Below, one piece after another: positions 28,108 through 36,900 of a stretch of DNA of 64,000 nt (its first letter is position 1; each line of letters opens with the position of its first letter). The notes beneath the pieces were generated by a model. It did not search any database. It was not told the DNA's origin and saw nothing but the letters and a program-made list of their open reading frames with translations. This DNA comes from an uncultured Bdellovibrionales bacterium (GTDB lineage Bacteria > Patescibacteriota > Minisyncoccia > Moranbacterales > UBA1568), in assembly GCA_964624415.1 (NCBI GenBank), contig CAZUWR010000001.1:3855-67854 (forward strand), given 5' to 3'. The position numbers and the translations under genes are program-made.

Positions 28108-28749
28108 ATGGAATTTTTCGGATTCAACCTTATCGATTTTGTGAAAGCAGCAGGGTATACGGGCGTCTTTGCGGTTATCTTTGCTGAGACCGGACTCTTT
28201 TTGGGATTTTTTTTACCGGGAGATAGTCTTTTATTTGTCGCGGGTTTTCTTGCGTCACAAGGACTGCTCAATATCTGGGTACTGACCATTTTGCTTTTTG
28301 TGGCAGCGGTAACCGGCAATATCTTGGGATATGCTTTCGGGTACAAGATCGGCCCGGCAATTTTCAATAAGGAAGACTCGCTTCTTTTCAAACAGTCTCA
28401 CGTACGGAAGGCCCAACTTTTCTATGACAGGTACGGCGGGAAGGTGGTTATGATTGCAAGGTTCATTCCCATTGTCCGTACCTTTGCTCCGATTTTGGCC
28501 GGCGTAGCACAGATGAAAAAATCGGTATTTCTCTTTTACAATATTGTAGGGGCTTTGGTGTGGACACTCGGATTGACCCTGCTTGGCTTTTGGCTGGGGA
28601 ATGTGATTCCCAATATCGACCACTATCTGTTGCCGATTGTCGGGGCGATTATTGTCGCGTCTATCCTTCCGGGTGTTATAGGGTATTTCCGAGAGCGAAA
28701 CAAAACTCGCAACACGGTCGACGAAACCATCACTGGCGAAACGTCTTAA
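28108..28749 (+). CDS. DedA-family membrane protein
   Basis: ETGLFLGFFLPGDSLLFVAGFLA and RFIPIVRTFAP motifs. Confidence 0.85.
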   Translation: MEFFGFNLIDFVKAAGYTGVFAVIFAETGLFLGFFLPGDSLLFVAGFLASQGLLNIWVLTILLFVAAVTGNILGYAFGYKIGPAIFNKEDSLLFKQSHVRKAQLFYDRYGGKVVMIARFIPIVRTFAPILAGVAQMKKSVFLFYNIVGALVWTLGLTLLGFWLGNVIPNIDHYLLPIVGAIIVASILPGVIGYFRERNKTRNTVDETITGETS

Positions 28750-28918
28750 TCAACTGGTTTGAGGTATATAAAAAGGCCTCACGTTCCCTTGATTCTCTAC
28801 ACCCACTCTGGGTCAGGAATCCTTTGAAATGAAGCCTCTCGGAGGTCGGCTGGGTACTTCTCAGACCACTGCCTCCTCTACCTCGTGATACGCATATATT
28901 TCCATTTTATTTCACCCT

Positions 28919-29488
28919 ATGCCATTTGATGCATTGTTTGAAAGCAAGTCAGATGAGGAAATTGCGGAACTTGTTCCTGATAACAAGGAGTATTTCGGCG
29001 TGATTATCCGTCGGTATGAGGGTAAGTTGATGCGCTATGTAAAACGTATCGGCGGAGGGAGGCAGGAGTCGGTCGAGGATGTCGTGCAGAATATTTTTAT
29101 TAAGGCATACGTAAATATAGAGAGTTTTCGGAAGGGACAGAAGTTCTCGAGCTGGCTATACGGTATCGCCCATAATGAATGTATCGATTACTGGCGTCGG
29201 AATAAGAAACACACCAATATTTCTTTGGATGAAAATGTTGAGTTGGCAGCGGTTTTAGCCTCGAGCGAAGATATCGAGCACGATCTTTTTGTGAAAGAAG
29301 AAGGCTTGCTGGTAAGGAAGGCGCTTGATCAGTTGCCGGTGAAATTCAAAGAAGTGCTGGTATTGCGGTACTTGGAAGATAAGGATTATCAGGAGATAAG
29401 CGATATTCTCAAAAAACCGGTTTCAACGGTCGGCACGCTTATTCATCGGGCGAAGGCTTTGCTTAAGCAACTTATCAAGAATACGTAA
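28919..29488 (+). CDS. ECF-type RNA polymerase sigma factor
   Basis: 189 aa. Region 2 reads FSSWLYGIAHNECIDYWRR. Region 4 reads VLVLRYLEDKDYQEISDILKKPVSTVGTLIHRAK. Confidence 0.85.
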   Translation: MPFDALFESKSDEEIAELVPDNKEYFGVIIRRYEGKLMRYVKRIGGGRQESVEDVVQNIFIKAYVNIESFRKGQKFSSWLYGIAHNECIDYWRRNKKHTNISLDENVELAAVLASSEDIEHDLFVKEEGLLVRKALDQLPVKFKEVLVLRYLEDKDYQEISDILKKPVSTVGTLIHRAKALLKQLIKNT

Positions 29489-29941
29489 ATGGACCTCGAA
29501 CACAAGATACTGCAAAAAATCGAAAAGGAAAATATCCGCACTCGGTCACGGTGGTTTTTTTATGGAAAAGATGGTGGTAAAATCGCTATCGCGCTTATTT
29601 TGATTGCTGTCTCAGCCATATTTTGCGGGATATCGATTGCCTTGACCGTTCATCTGGCCAGGGAGATTTCTTTCGCGAATTTTCCGTACAGTTTGGTCAT
29701 ATTCTCTATGATTGCGGCATTTTTAGCTTATGAATCATTCGTTCGATCATTTTCTTTTTATAAAACGCAGATATCATTCGGTGTCGCGATTTTGTGTTTG
29801 ATCACATTCTCATTCGGATATGCTTTATTCACTTTCGGCCACGCAGAGCGATTGGAGCGGCGATTTCAGCATTCACCCGTTTATCATCGGGCGGTACCGC
29901 ATTCATTTCCGGAACACGAGCGATTTGAGAGAAGGGATTGA
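29489..29941 (+). CDS. putative membrane anti-sigma factor
   Basis: The ATG abuts the sigma stop (TAAATG). 150 aa with 3-4 TM segments. The call rests on position only. Confidence 0.4.
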   Translation: MDLEHKILQKIEKENIRTRSRWFFYGKDGGKIAIALILIAVSAIFCGISIALTVHLAREISFANFPYSLVIFSMIAAFLAYESFVRSFSFYKTQISFGVAILCLITFSFGYALFTFGHAERLERRFQHSPVYHRAVPHSFPEHERFERRD

Positions 29942-29998
29942 ATTTGGTATACTGAAAAAAGAATACGACGGTTTCAACTAGCAATATAAAATACTTCT

Positions 29999-30394
29999 AT
30001 GGCAAATATACAAGCGCGTCTTTTATTAACCCTTATCACTTTGGTAGCATTTACGGGGCCGTTTATCGGCGTTATGATCCTTGAGAATGTGAAGCGTGAT
30101 ACTAAATTGATCGCCAATCAGGAAGCAGTCGCATCCGTGAAAAAAGATACTGATGCGGCTCGGTATGAGTATTATTTGGGTATAGCAGAGCAGCGGGAAG
30201 TGCTTCGGAAATCGATGGCGGATGCGAAAACCGAGTATGATAAGCTCATTTCCGACCAACCCCAGCTGGTTAAAGACAACCAAAAAACTGTGACTCAGAC
30301 GACGACGGTACCGGTAGTGACACAAAAGGTGACAAGCGTTCCCGTGACAACCTATAGCGCGCCAAAGAGCTCCACCAAGACGAAGACTTCATAA
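29999..30394 (+). CDS. membrane-anchored protein with Thr/Val-rich tail
   Basis: 131 aa with an N-terminal TM, a coiled segment and the TVTQTTTVPVVTQKVTSVPVTT low-complexity C-terminus. Confidence 0.45.
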   Translation: MANIQARLLLTLITLVAFTGPFIGVMILENVKRDTKLIANQEAVASVKKDTDAARYEYYLGIAEQREVLRKSMADAKTEYDKLISDQPQLVKDNQKTVTQTTTVPVVTQKVTSVPVTTYSAPKSSTKTKTS

Positions 30395-30402
30395 AGATAC
30401 CT

Positions 30403-30912
30403 ATGATGATGCCTATGCGATTTTCATTGAAAGCATTTCTTTTTTTCGTAAGCGCCTCGATACTGGGTGTTGTTTCGGGTAATTTTGTGTCGAAATCTTT
30501 GTGGTATCAAGGCCCGGTCGTTTCCGTGGCATCGGCTGAAGATGATGAGTATGAAAATGAAAGTGATGATGATAATCGTTCGTCATCTTCCGGTACGTCG
30601 ACATCAGGCTCGAAAGCTACAGCGACAACTACGATGAAGCAAGTGGTACAGAATGTCACGACGTATAAGCAGGTCACCACAACCACAGAGGTTACTCCTG
30701 AAGAATATCAGAGGGATACGGATGGCGATGGGCTAGTGGATGCCATTGATCCCAATCCTTCCGTCAAGCAGAATGAGTTTTTTACTGATATTGATGGAGA
30801 TGGTGTCCCAAATGCCTTCGATAAGCACCATGATGAGGATGATTTTGCGTTTTTTGATGATATGGATACCGATACAAATAACAACGGCATACTCGATTCG
30901 TATGAGCAGTAA
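30403..30912 (+). CDS. secreted/anchored protein with thrombospondin-type-3-like Ca-binding repeats
   Basis: N-terminal hydrophobic segment, a Ser/Thr-rich linker and the repeats DTDGDGLVDAIDPNP, DIDGDGVPNAFD and DTDTNNNGILD. Confidence 0.55.
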   Translation: MMMPMRFSLKAFLFFVSASILGVVSGNFVSKSLWYQGPVVSVASAEDDEYENESDDDNRSSSSGTSTSGSKATATTTMKQVVQNVTTYKQVTTTTEVTPEEYQRDTDGDGLVDAIDPNPSVKQNEFFTDIDGDGVPNAFDKHHDEDDFAFFDDMDTDTNNNGILDSYEQ

Positions 30913-30929
30913 TGGGTGAGTAATATTGT

Positions 30930-31856
30930 ATGGATGAATGGACGAGTGTCAGAAAAGAAGTGTTTGGGGATATTATGAACACGGACATTGTCTGTGAAAT
31001 TATGTGTATGAGGGGCGATGAGGACCAGGCCAAGCTTCTACTGGAAGAAACTTTCACGATGTTTCGTGATTTCGAGTCGCGGTATAGCCGATTTGTCAAG
31101 GAGAATGAATTGTGGCAGCTCAATATCAGCGAAAAAATAGCGGTTTCCGAGGAATTGTTCGAGATATTGCGTGAGGCGAAGCGGTATTATGAGATGACAG
31201 GAGGTATTTTTGATCCCAGTATACTGCAAGCGCTCGAGTCTTCCGGGTATGTTGGCGCGTACGATAGCCATTTTTTCTCTCAAGAACAGTGCGATTTTTC
31301 GCAAGTCATACTCGATGAATCAAAACTAATTATAACAAAACCCAAAAACCTGATGATTGATTTGGGGGGTATTGGTAAAGGATTCATAGTAGATAAGGCC
31401 GCACGCTTTCTTGGTACGCATTTTGAAAACGTGTTGGTTGATGCAGGTGGGGACATTGCGGTGCGAGGAGTGAATGTCAAGGAAGGGTATGCCTATTGGG
31501 CTGTTGATATTGAAGATCCAGAGCATCCGGAAGGATCCGTAGCGCTGCTTCTTTTGAAAGACTGCGCTGTGGCGACATCCGGCAGGAACCGCAAACGCTG
31601 GGTACAGGATGGTCGGACAAAGCATCATATTATCGATCCAGCGACCGGAGTGAGTGCTTCAGAGGAACTGCTCTCAGTGAGCGTCATCGCTCCGAACGCT
31701 ATAGAAGCCGATGTGTTTGCTAAGACGCTGTTTATCGCCGGCAAAGAAAAAGGGATGGCGATGGCCGAAGATTTGAAACTGCCGGCTGTATTCATCGACA
31801 AGGAAGGTCTGGTCACACGTAATCATTATACACAAACCTATGTTTGGAAACCGTAA
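30930..31856 (+). CDS. apbE: FAD:protein FMN transferase (ApbE family)
   Basis: DLGGIGKGF, VATSG and HHIIDPATG motifs. No obvious signal peptide or lipobox. Confidence 0.8.
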   Translation: MDEWTSVRKEVFGDIMNTDIVCEIMCMRGDEDQAKLLLEETFTMFRDFESRYSRFVKENELWQLNISEKIAVSEELFEILREAKRYYEMTGGIFDPSILQALESSGYVGAYDSHFFSQEQCDFSQVILDESKLIITKPKNLMIDLGGIGKGFIVDKAARFLGTHFENVLVDAGGDIAVRGVNVKEGYAYWAVDIEDPEHPEGSVALLLLKDCAVATSGRNRKRWVQDGRTKHHIIDPATGVSASEELLSVSVIAPNAIEADVFAKTLFIAGKEKGMAMAEDLKLPAVFIDKEGLVTRNHYTQTYVWKP

Positions 31857-32295
31857 TATTTTTTCTTTAAGTTCACATTTACTCATTATTGCGGCAGTGT
31901 TTGCGATGAGCACATGTACGACGCATGCCGCACTCAAAGATAGCGATGTGGACGGTATCACCGATGAGGCGGAAACCGCCACCTATAACACCAATCCGCA
32001 GAAAAGCGATACGGACGGTGATGGTTTTGATGATGGATATGAGGTGGTCAACCACACTGATCCGCTCGATGCAAAAAGCACGCCGTTTGCGGTACCGGAA
32101 ACTTCTTCCGGCGTGGTTCGCATCGCGCATTCCATACCGAACACGTGGCTGCTGGGTATACTTGGCGGAATGACAGTCATAGTTTTGCTCTCAGTGATGT
32201 TGCTGAGGCGTTTTCGCCCTCAAACGGAATCAGCTGTAGCGGCGCCAACACCAATACCATCGGTATCGGCATCGACACCACCCACTGTACAATAG
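31840..32295 (+). CDS. surface protein with Ca-binding DxDxDG repeats and C-terminal TM anchor
   Basis: Signal-like N-terminus, DSDVDGITDEAE and DTDGDGFDDGYE repeats, and the TM segment WLLGILGGMTVIVLLSVML. Confidence 0.55.
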   Translation: MFGNRNIFSLSSHLLIIAAVFAMSTCTTHAALKDSDVDGITDEAETATYNTNPQKSDTDGDGFDDGYEVVNHTDPLDAKSTPFAVPETSSGVVRIAHSIPNTWLLGILGGMTVIVLLSVMLLRRFRPQTESAVAAPTPIPSVSASTPPTVQ

Positions 32296-32359
32296 GACTC
32301 TTTGTATCGGCGTGATATACTAAACGAGTCAATAATTCATATATAATAGAGTTACATTT

Positions 32360-32635
32360 ATGGAAAAGAAAAATGTGGGAAAATGCGATCGAATGATACG
32401 CATCGTAGTCGGTATCGTATTGATTGTTCTGGCATTCAATGTGCTCAAAGGATTATTCTCAGCGCTCGCTTATCTGGTGGCGGCAATCGTTTTGGTGACC
32501 GGCTTGGCAAGGTACTGCCCGATGTATAGGGTTTTTGGTTGTGACTCAACTAAGTGCTGCTGCAAGATGTGCGGATCGTGCAAGAATGAGAATAAAGATG
32601 TATCGGTAGAGGAAGAGAAGAAAATGCAGGAGTAA
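32360..32635 (+). CDS. DUF2892 (YgaP-like) membrane protein with Cys-rich tail
   Basis: GKCDRMIRIVVG...LARYCPMYRVFG pattern, and the C-terminal CDSTKCCCKMCGSC. Confidence 0.6.
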   Translation: MEKKNVGKCDRMIRIVVGIVLIVLAFNVLKGLFSALAYLVAAIVLVTGLARYCPMYRVFGCDSTKCCCKMCGSCKNENKDVSVEEEKKMQE

Positions 32636-32795
32636 TGTGTCTGATATAAGTAACCATCTATAATCTTTTCGTTTTTTGCTTTTGTATAGTGTTCTTTCGA
32701 ACTGCCGGGTCAAAGACGAAAGGTGAGAAAAAATACTATCAAAAGCCAAAAAACCAAGAGGTAGAAGATTTTGAACAGTTGCTAAGAGTATTATT

Positions 32796-33146
32796 ATGAA
32801 AAAATACACGGGCAGTTGCCACTGCGGAGCAGTTCGATATGAGGTTGAAACGGATCTGGCAAAGGTTATCTCCTGCAATTGTTCGCATTGTCATAAGAAA
32901 GGATTTCTGCTTCATTTTGTGCCTGCGACGCAGTTCATCCTGCTTTCCGGGGAAGAGAATCTGACGGATTATCGGTTCAATACCGAAAAGATTGCGCACT
33001 TGTTTTGCAAGACATGCGGGGTGCAGTCATTTGGAAGAGGCGCGGGCAAGGATGGCGTGCCTATGGTGGCGGTAAACGCGCGTTGTCTGGATAATGTAGA
33101 TACCGACACACTGGAAGTCACTAAGGTGGATGGCAAGAGTATGTGA
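32796..33146 (+). CDS. GFA/CENP-V family zinc protein
   Basis: GSCHCGAVRYEV, CNCSHCHKKG and FCKTCG Cys clusters typical of the glutathione-dependent formaldehyde-activating (GFA) fold. Confidence 0.75.
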   Translation: MKKYTGSCHCGAVRYEVETDLAKVISCNCSHCHKKGFLLHFVPATQFILLSGEENLTDYRFNTEKIAHLFCKTCGVQSFGRGAGKDGVPMVAVNARCLDNVDTDTLEVTKVDGKSM

Positions 33147-33148
33147 CC

Positions 33149-33244
33149 TTGACAAAAGTCAATTATGGGTGTATAAAGAAATGTCTTATCAGTGAGATGC
33201 CTTACTGATCGAAAGACCAATGAAATTGAAATGAGGAGAAAAAG
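33149..33244 (+). promoter_or_regulatory. promoter plus conserved hairpin leader, copy A
   Basis: TTGACA (33149-33154), 17-nt spacer, TATAAA, then GTCTTATCAGTGAG...ACTGATCGAAAGACCAATGAA and a GAGGAG RBS. It is about 80 percent identical by eye to copy B. Confidence 0.6.
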
Positions 33245-33415
33245 ATGGCCCTGTTACCGTATCCCATTGAGTGTCTTATTTGTAAATACATGAAAATGGA
33301 GGATCCTTGCCCTAGGTGTAAGGGCGAGCGTTCAGAAGATCGAGAACCTTCTGATGTCGAGATACAAAAACAACTCTTTGAACAGGATGTTGAGGAGGTT
33401 GCACAAAATTGTTAA
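33245..33415 (+). CDS. 56-aa zinc-ribbon-like acidic protein (not in ORF track)
   Basis: ATG at 33245 lies 7 nt after GAGGAG. The protein is MALLPYPIECLICKYMKMEDPCPRCKG followed by an acidic tail. It has its own consensus promoter with leader, and a terminator. Confidence 0.5.
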   Translation: MALLPYPIECLICKYMKMEDPCPRCKGERSEDREPSDVEIQKQLFEQDVEEVAQNC

Positions 33416-33423
33416 AAGGGTTC

Positions 33424-33460
33424 GCGTCGGAAGGTATATGCCATTCGACGCGCTTTTTTA
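33424..33460 (+). terminator. intrinsic terminator
   Basis: GCGTCGGA-loop-TTCGACGC followed by GCTTTTTT. It overlaps the nrdG stop codon. Confidence 0.65.
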
Positions 33461-34168
33461 TTCCCGGATACTGATGGAATCGAGATAGGGAAGCATTGTT
33501 TTTCGGATGGCATGCAGGTCGAGCTTATGTGTACCGATACGCTCGCGGAGGGTTTCGTCGGCAATTTTGAGCGGGCGGAAAGCCTGGAGGACATAGCTTT
33601 CGGCGCCGGCGATCCACTGCGCGATATCGAGGAAATCTTCGGGCGTGTGGATGCTGGGGACGACGGTGGTACGAAATTCATACGGCATACCGGAGGACAT
33701 CAGCAGTTTCACGGACTTCTCGAAGCGTTTGATGGGGATGGATGTGACACCGGATGCGAGCGGATACTTTTTTTGGCTGTGCTTGATATCCATCGCCCAA
33801 AAGTCCACCAAACCCGTGGCGAGGAGCGCTTCCACCTTGTCGGGGAAGATGCCGTTGGTATCGAGCTTGACGAGAAAGCCAAGGTCTTTGACACGGCGGA
33901 TGAAGTCGAGCAGGTCGGCGTGCAAGGTGGGCTCGCCGCCGGTAATGACCACGCCCTCGAGCAGTCCTTGGCGGGTCGCGAGAAATTCGAAAAACTCCTC
34001 TTCGCGATTGACGGTGAACAATTCCGAGGGACTGCCCGGGACGGCAGTGATGAGCTCGGGGTTGTGGCAATAGGGGCAACGAAGCGCGCAACCGGGCGTG
34101 AACACGATAGTGGCCAAGTGATCAGGGTAGTCGATAAGGGTGAGCGGTTCGAAGCCAGCGATACGCAT
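33458..34168 (-). CDS. nrdG: anaerobic ribonucleoside-triphosphate reductase activating protein (radical SAM)
   Basis: GCALRCPYCHNPEL is a CxxxCxxC cluster. GGEPTL motif. Adjacent to nrdD. Confidence 0.9.
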   Translation of the reverse strand: MRIAGFEPLTLIDYPDHLATIVFTPGCALRCPYCHNPELITAVPGSPSELFTVNREEEFFEFLATRQGLLEGVVITGGEPTLHADLLDFIRRVKDLGFLVKLDTNGIFPDKVEALLATGLVDFWAMDIKHSQKKYPLASGVTSIPIKRFEKSVKLLMSSGMPYEFRTTVVPSIHTPEDFLDIAQWIAGAESYVLQAFRPLKIADETLRERIGTHKLDLHAIRKTMLPYLDSISIRE

Positions 34169-34172
34169 AGGA

Positions 34173-34261
34173 TTGACAAAAGTCGGTTACGGGTGTATAA
34201 TACGGTGTCTTATCAGTGAGGAATCTGACTGAGGAAAGACCAATGAACGAGGAGAGTACAA
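34173..34261 (+). promoter_or_regulatory. promoter plus conserved hairpin leader, copy B
   Basis: TTGACA (34173-34178), 17-nt spacer, TATAAT (34196-34201), then GTCTTATCAGTGAG...ACTGAGGAAAGACCAATGAA and a GAGGAG RBS. Confidence 0.6.
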
Positions 34262-34630
34262 ATGAATATAGCTTTTTTACAAGTACCAGAGATTGACGAT
34301 TTGGCCGCTTTTGAGGATTGGCTCAAAGGAGAGGGGTATTTTCTCTCACAGATAGCTATAGAAGCCACTGTGAAAGAAATGATAGAGATCGAGCATACAC
34401 CGTGTATCGTCGTGTCAGTAGATGATATTAGTTTAGATCCTAGTTTACTAGTGCTAGACTGTCACAATCAAAGATTTATTATTTGGAGCACTCTCGAAAA
34501 TGAACTTGCGAATATTTCTGATATGTTTGGCTACTCTTATTGGGTGGCGGTGAATGTGGAAAATCAAGAACAGGATCCTTTAACTGAATCAGATGATAAG
34601 GATGATTTGGAAAATTATCTTTGGAATTGA
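34262..34630 (+). CDS. hypothetical acidic protein
   Basis: 122 aa with GAGGAG RBS, a consensus promoter with leader, and a terminator. No family recognised. Confidence 0.5.
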   Translation: MNIAFLQVPEIDDLAAFEDWLKGEGYFLSQIAIEATVKEMIEIEHTPCIVVSVDDISLDPSLLVLDCHNQRFIIWSTLENELANISDMFGYSYWVAVNVENQEQDPLTESDDKDDLENYLWN

Positions 34631-34637
34631 CGCCCGC

Positions 34638-34680
34638 GCGCCGGAGAGAGGTTAGCAACCTTTCTCCCGGCGCTGTTTTT
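34638..34680 (+). terminator. intrinsic terminator
   Basis: GCGCCGGAGAGAGGTT-AGCA-AACCTTTCTCCCGGCGC followed by a T run. It sits between the 122-aa ORF and the nrdD stop. Confidence 0.7.
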
Positions 34681-34686
34681 TTATCC

Positions 34687-36900
34687 TCACATCCGTGTCG
34701 CTTCCGCAGTGGCGAGAGAGATGTCCGAGACATACTCATTGCGATCGCCATACTCGGCGCGCTTGCCATTGTTCCACTGCTCGACGGGGCGGATATAGCC
34801 CACGACGCGTGAGTAGACTTCGGCTGGGCGCTCGCAGTGCGGGCAGATCGGTTGTTCGCCGGTCAAGTAGCCGTGCTCGGCGCAGATGCTGAAGGTCGGT
34901 GTGAGGGTGAAGTATGGCAGACTGTATTTTTCGGTGATAAGCTTGACCAGTTTTTTGGCTGTTTCGATGCCGTTGATTTTCTCTCCCAAAAATCCGTGTA
35001 GCACCGTGCCTCCCGTGTAGAGGGTTTGGAGGCCGTCTTGCAGATCGAGCGCTTCGAAGATATCGCTCGTGTGCCCCACGGGAATATGCGATGAGTTGGT
35101 GTAGTATGGGGCGGTTTGCTCGGATTGTACGGAAGCCTCATTGGCCACGATAATGTCTGGGTGGAATTTCTTGTCCAAAAGAGCGAGGCGATAAGCGGTG
35201 CCTTCGGCCGGTGTGGCTTCGAGGTTGTAGAGATTGCCGGTTTCTTTCTGATAGCCTTCCAGACGCTTGCGCATATGCGTGAGGATTTTTTTCGCGAAGG
35301 CTTGGCCTTTGGCGGTAGTGATATCGACTTGCGCGCCGAGGAGATTTTGGATGGCTTCGTTGGTGCCGACCAAACCGATAGTGCCGAAGTGATTTTGCCA
35401 GTAGGTGCCGAAGCGTTCCTTGATAGCGGAGAGGTAGAATTTGGTGTAGGGGTACAGACCCTTGTCCGTGAGGCGCTCGACGACGGTGCGCTTCATCTCA
35501 AGGCTTGTCTTGGCAAGGTCCATCTGATGGTCGAGTCGCGCGAAGAAGTCTTTTTCACTGGAAGCAAGATAGCCCAGGCGAGGAAGGTTGATGGTCACCA
35601 CACCAATGGAACCGGTGAGGGGATTGGCGCCGAAGAGTCCGCCACCGCGCTTGCGCAGTTCGCGATTATCGAGGCGCAATCGACAACACATACTGCGTGC
35701 ATCATCGGGATGCATATCCGAATTGACGAAGTTGGCGAAGTATGGGATGCCGTATTTGACCGTCATCTCCCACACGGGATTGAAGCTCTTGTCGTCCCAA
35801 TCAAAGTCCTTGGTGATATTGTAGGTCGGAATCGGGAAAGTGAAGATGCGTCCCGAGGCATCGCCTTCTGTCATCACTTCGGCGAAGGCGCGGTTGATCA
35901 TCGCCATTTCTTTGGGAAAATCGGCGTAGGTTTCTTTCTGGACTTCGCCTCCGCGGACGACATGTTCTTTGGCGAGCATCGCGGGCGCGGTGATGTCCAT
36001 CGTGATATTGGAAAACGGTGTCTGGAAGCCGACGCGCGTGGCGACATTCATATTGAACACGAAGGATTGGATGTCTTGCTTGACCTGCGCGTAACTGAGT
36101 TTGTCGTAGCGGATGAACGGGGCGAGCAGGGTGTCGAAACTCGAGAAGGCCTGCGCTCCGGCCACTTCGCCTTGGAGAGTGTAGATGAAATTGACCATCT
36201 GCCCGAGGATGGCGCTGAAGTGTTTGGCGGGTTTGCACGCCACCTTGCCTGGGACACCGGTGAAGCCGCGACGGATAAGGTCTTGCAGATCCCAACCGCA
36301 ACAGTATGCGGCGACGAGCTGCAAATCGTGGATGTGCAGGTCGCCCGATTCGTGCGCTTCGCGGATATCGGCCGTGTAGATGCGATTCATCCAGTACTTG
36401 GCACTGATAGCAGACGAAACATAGTTGTTCAGTCCCTGGAGAGAATAAGCCATATTGGCATTTTCTTTGACCTTCCAGTCGAGATTGCCGAGATAGTTGT
36501 CGATGAGCGAGACAGCATTGTCCAGAGCGGTTTCCGCTTCGCGTGCTTGACGCCTTTGCTCGCGGTAGAGGATGTAGGCTTTGGCGGTTTCTTCGAAGTC
36601 CAGTATCATCAGGACTTTTTCGGTGCAGTCCTGTACATTCTCGATAGTCGGCACAAAGGATTTCTTGGTGGCTTTGTGAAAGGTGCGCGCCTGTTTGTCT
36701 AGGAGTGCGACGACTTTTTTTGAAATACGTCGCGCATCCTTAAGAGATCCTTCCTGAGTAGCTTTGAAAGCCTTGCTGACGGCTTGGGTTATTTTGTCCG
36801 CTTTGAAAGAAACTCTGCGGCCGTCGCGTTTGATGAGGTGTTTGACACAGACGGCTTTGGACGAAACAGTGGCGGACGGCGTGGCGATAGTGCGTGGCAT
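34687..36900 (-). CDS. nrdD: anaerobic ribonucleoside-triphosphate reductase (class III) with N-terminal ATP-cone
   Basis: ATP-cone VIKRDGRRVSFKADKI, C-terminal zinc site CPHC and the glycyl-radical motif SRVVGYIRPV. ATG at 36900 is preferred to the track start at 36960. Confidence 0.9.
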   Translation of the reverse strand: MPRTIATPSATVSSKAVCVKHLIKRDGRRVSFKADKITQAVSKAFKATQEGSLKDARRISKKVVALLDKQARTFHKATKKSFVPTIENVQDCTEKVLMILDFEETAKAYILYREQRRQAREAETALDNAVSLIDNYLGNLDWKVKENANMAYSLQGLNNYVSSAISAKYWMNRIYTADIREAHESGDLHIHDLQLVAAYCCGWDLQDLIRRGFTGVPGKVACKPAKHFSAILGQMVNFIYTLQGEVAGAQAFSSFDTLLAPFIRYDKLSYAQVKQDIQSFVFNMNVATRVGFQTPFSNITMDITAPAMLAKEHVVRGGEVQKETYADFPKEMAMINRAFAEVMTEGDASGRIFTFPIPTYNITKDFDWDDKSFNPVWEMTVKYGIPYFANFVNSDMHPDDARSMCCRLRLDNRELRKRGGGLFGANPLTGSIGVVTINLPRLGYLASSEKDFFARLDHQMDLAKTSLEMKRTVVERLTDKGLYPYTKFYLSAIKERFGTYWQNHFGTIGLVGTNEAIQNLLGAQVDITTAKGQAFAKKILTHMRKRLEGYQKETGNLYNLEATPAEGTAYRLALLDKKFHPDIIVANEASVQSEQTAPYYTNSSHIPVGHTSDIFEALDLQDGLQTLYTGGTVLHGFLGEKINGIETAKKLVKLITEKYSLPYFTLTPTFSICAEHGYLTGEQPICPHCERPAEVYSRVVGYIRPVEQWNNGKRAEYGDRNEYVSDISLATAEATRM

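Noticed and set aside
33512-34219. 235-aa plus-strand ORF, with overlapping 142-, 137- and 156-aa ORFs
   Set aside because: It is antisense or out of frame relative to nrdG, whose radical-SAM CxxxCxxC motif identifies the real frame.
35116-36702. 528-aa ORF on the plus strand
   Set aside because: It is entirely antisense to nrdD, which has unambiguous class III RNR motifs. The translation is low-complexity and rich in G, E, V, D and R, as expected for the reverse frame of a GC3-rich gene. It has no RBS.
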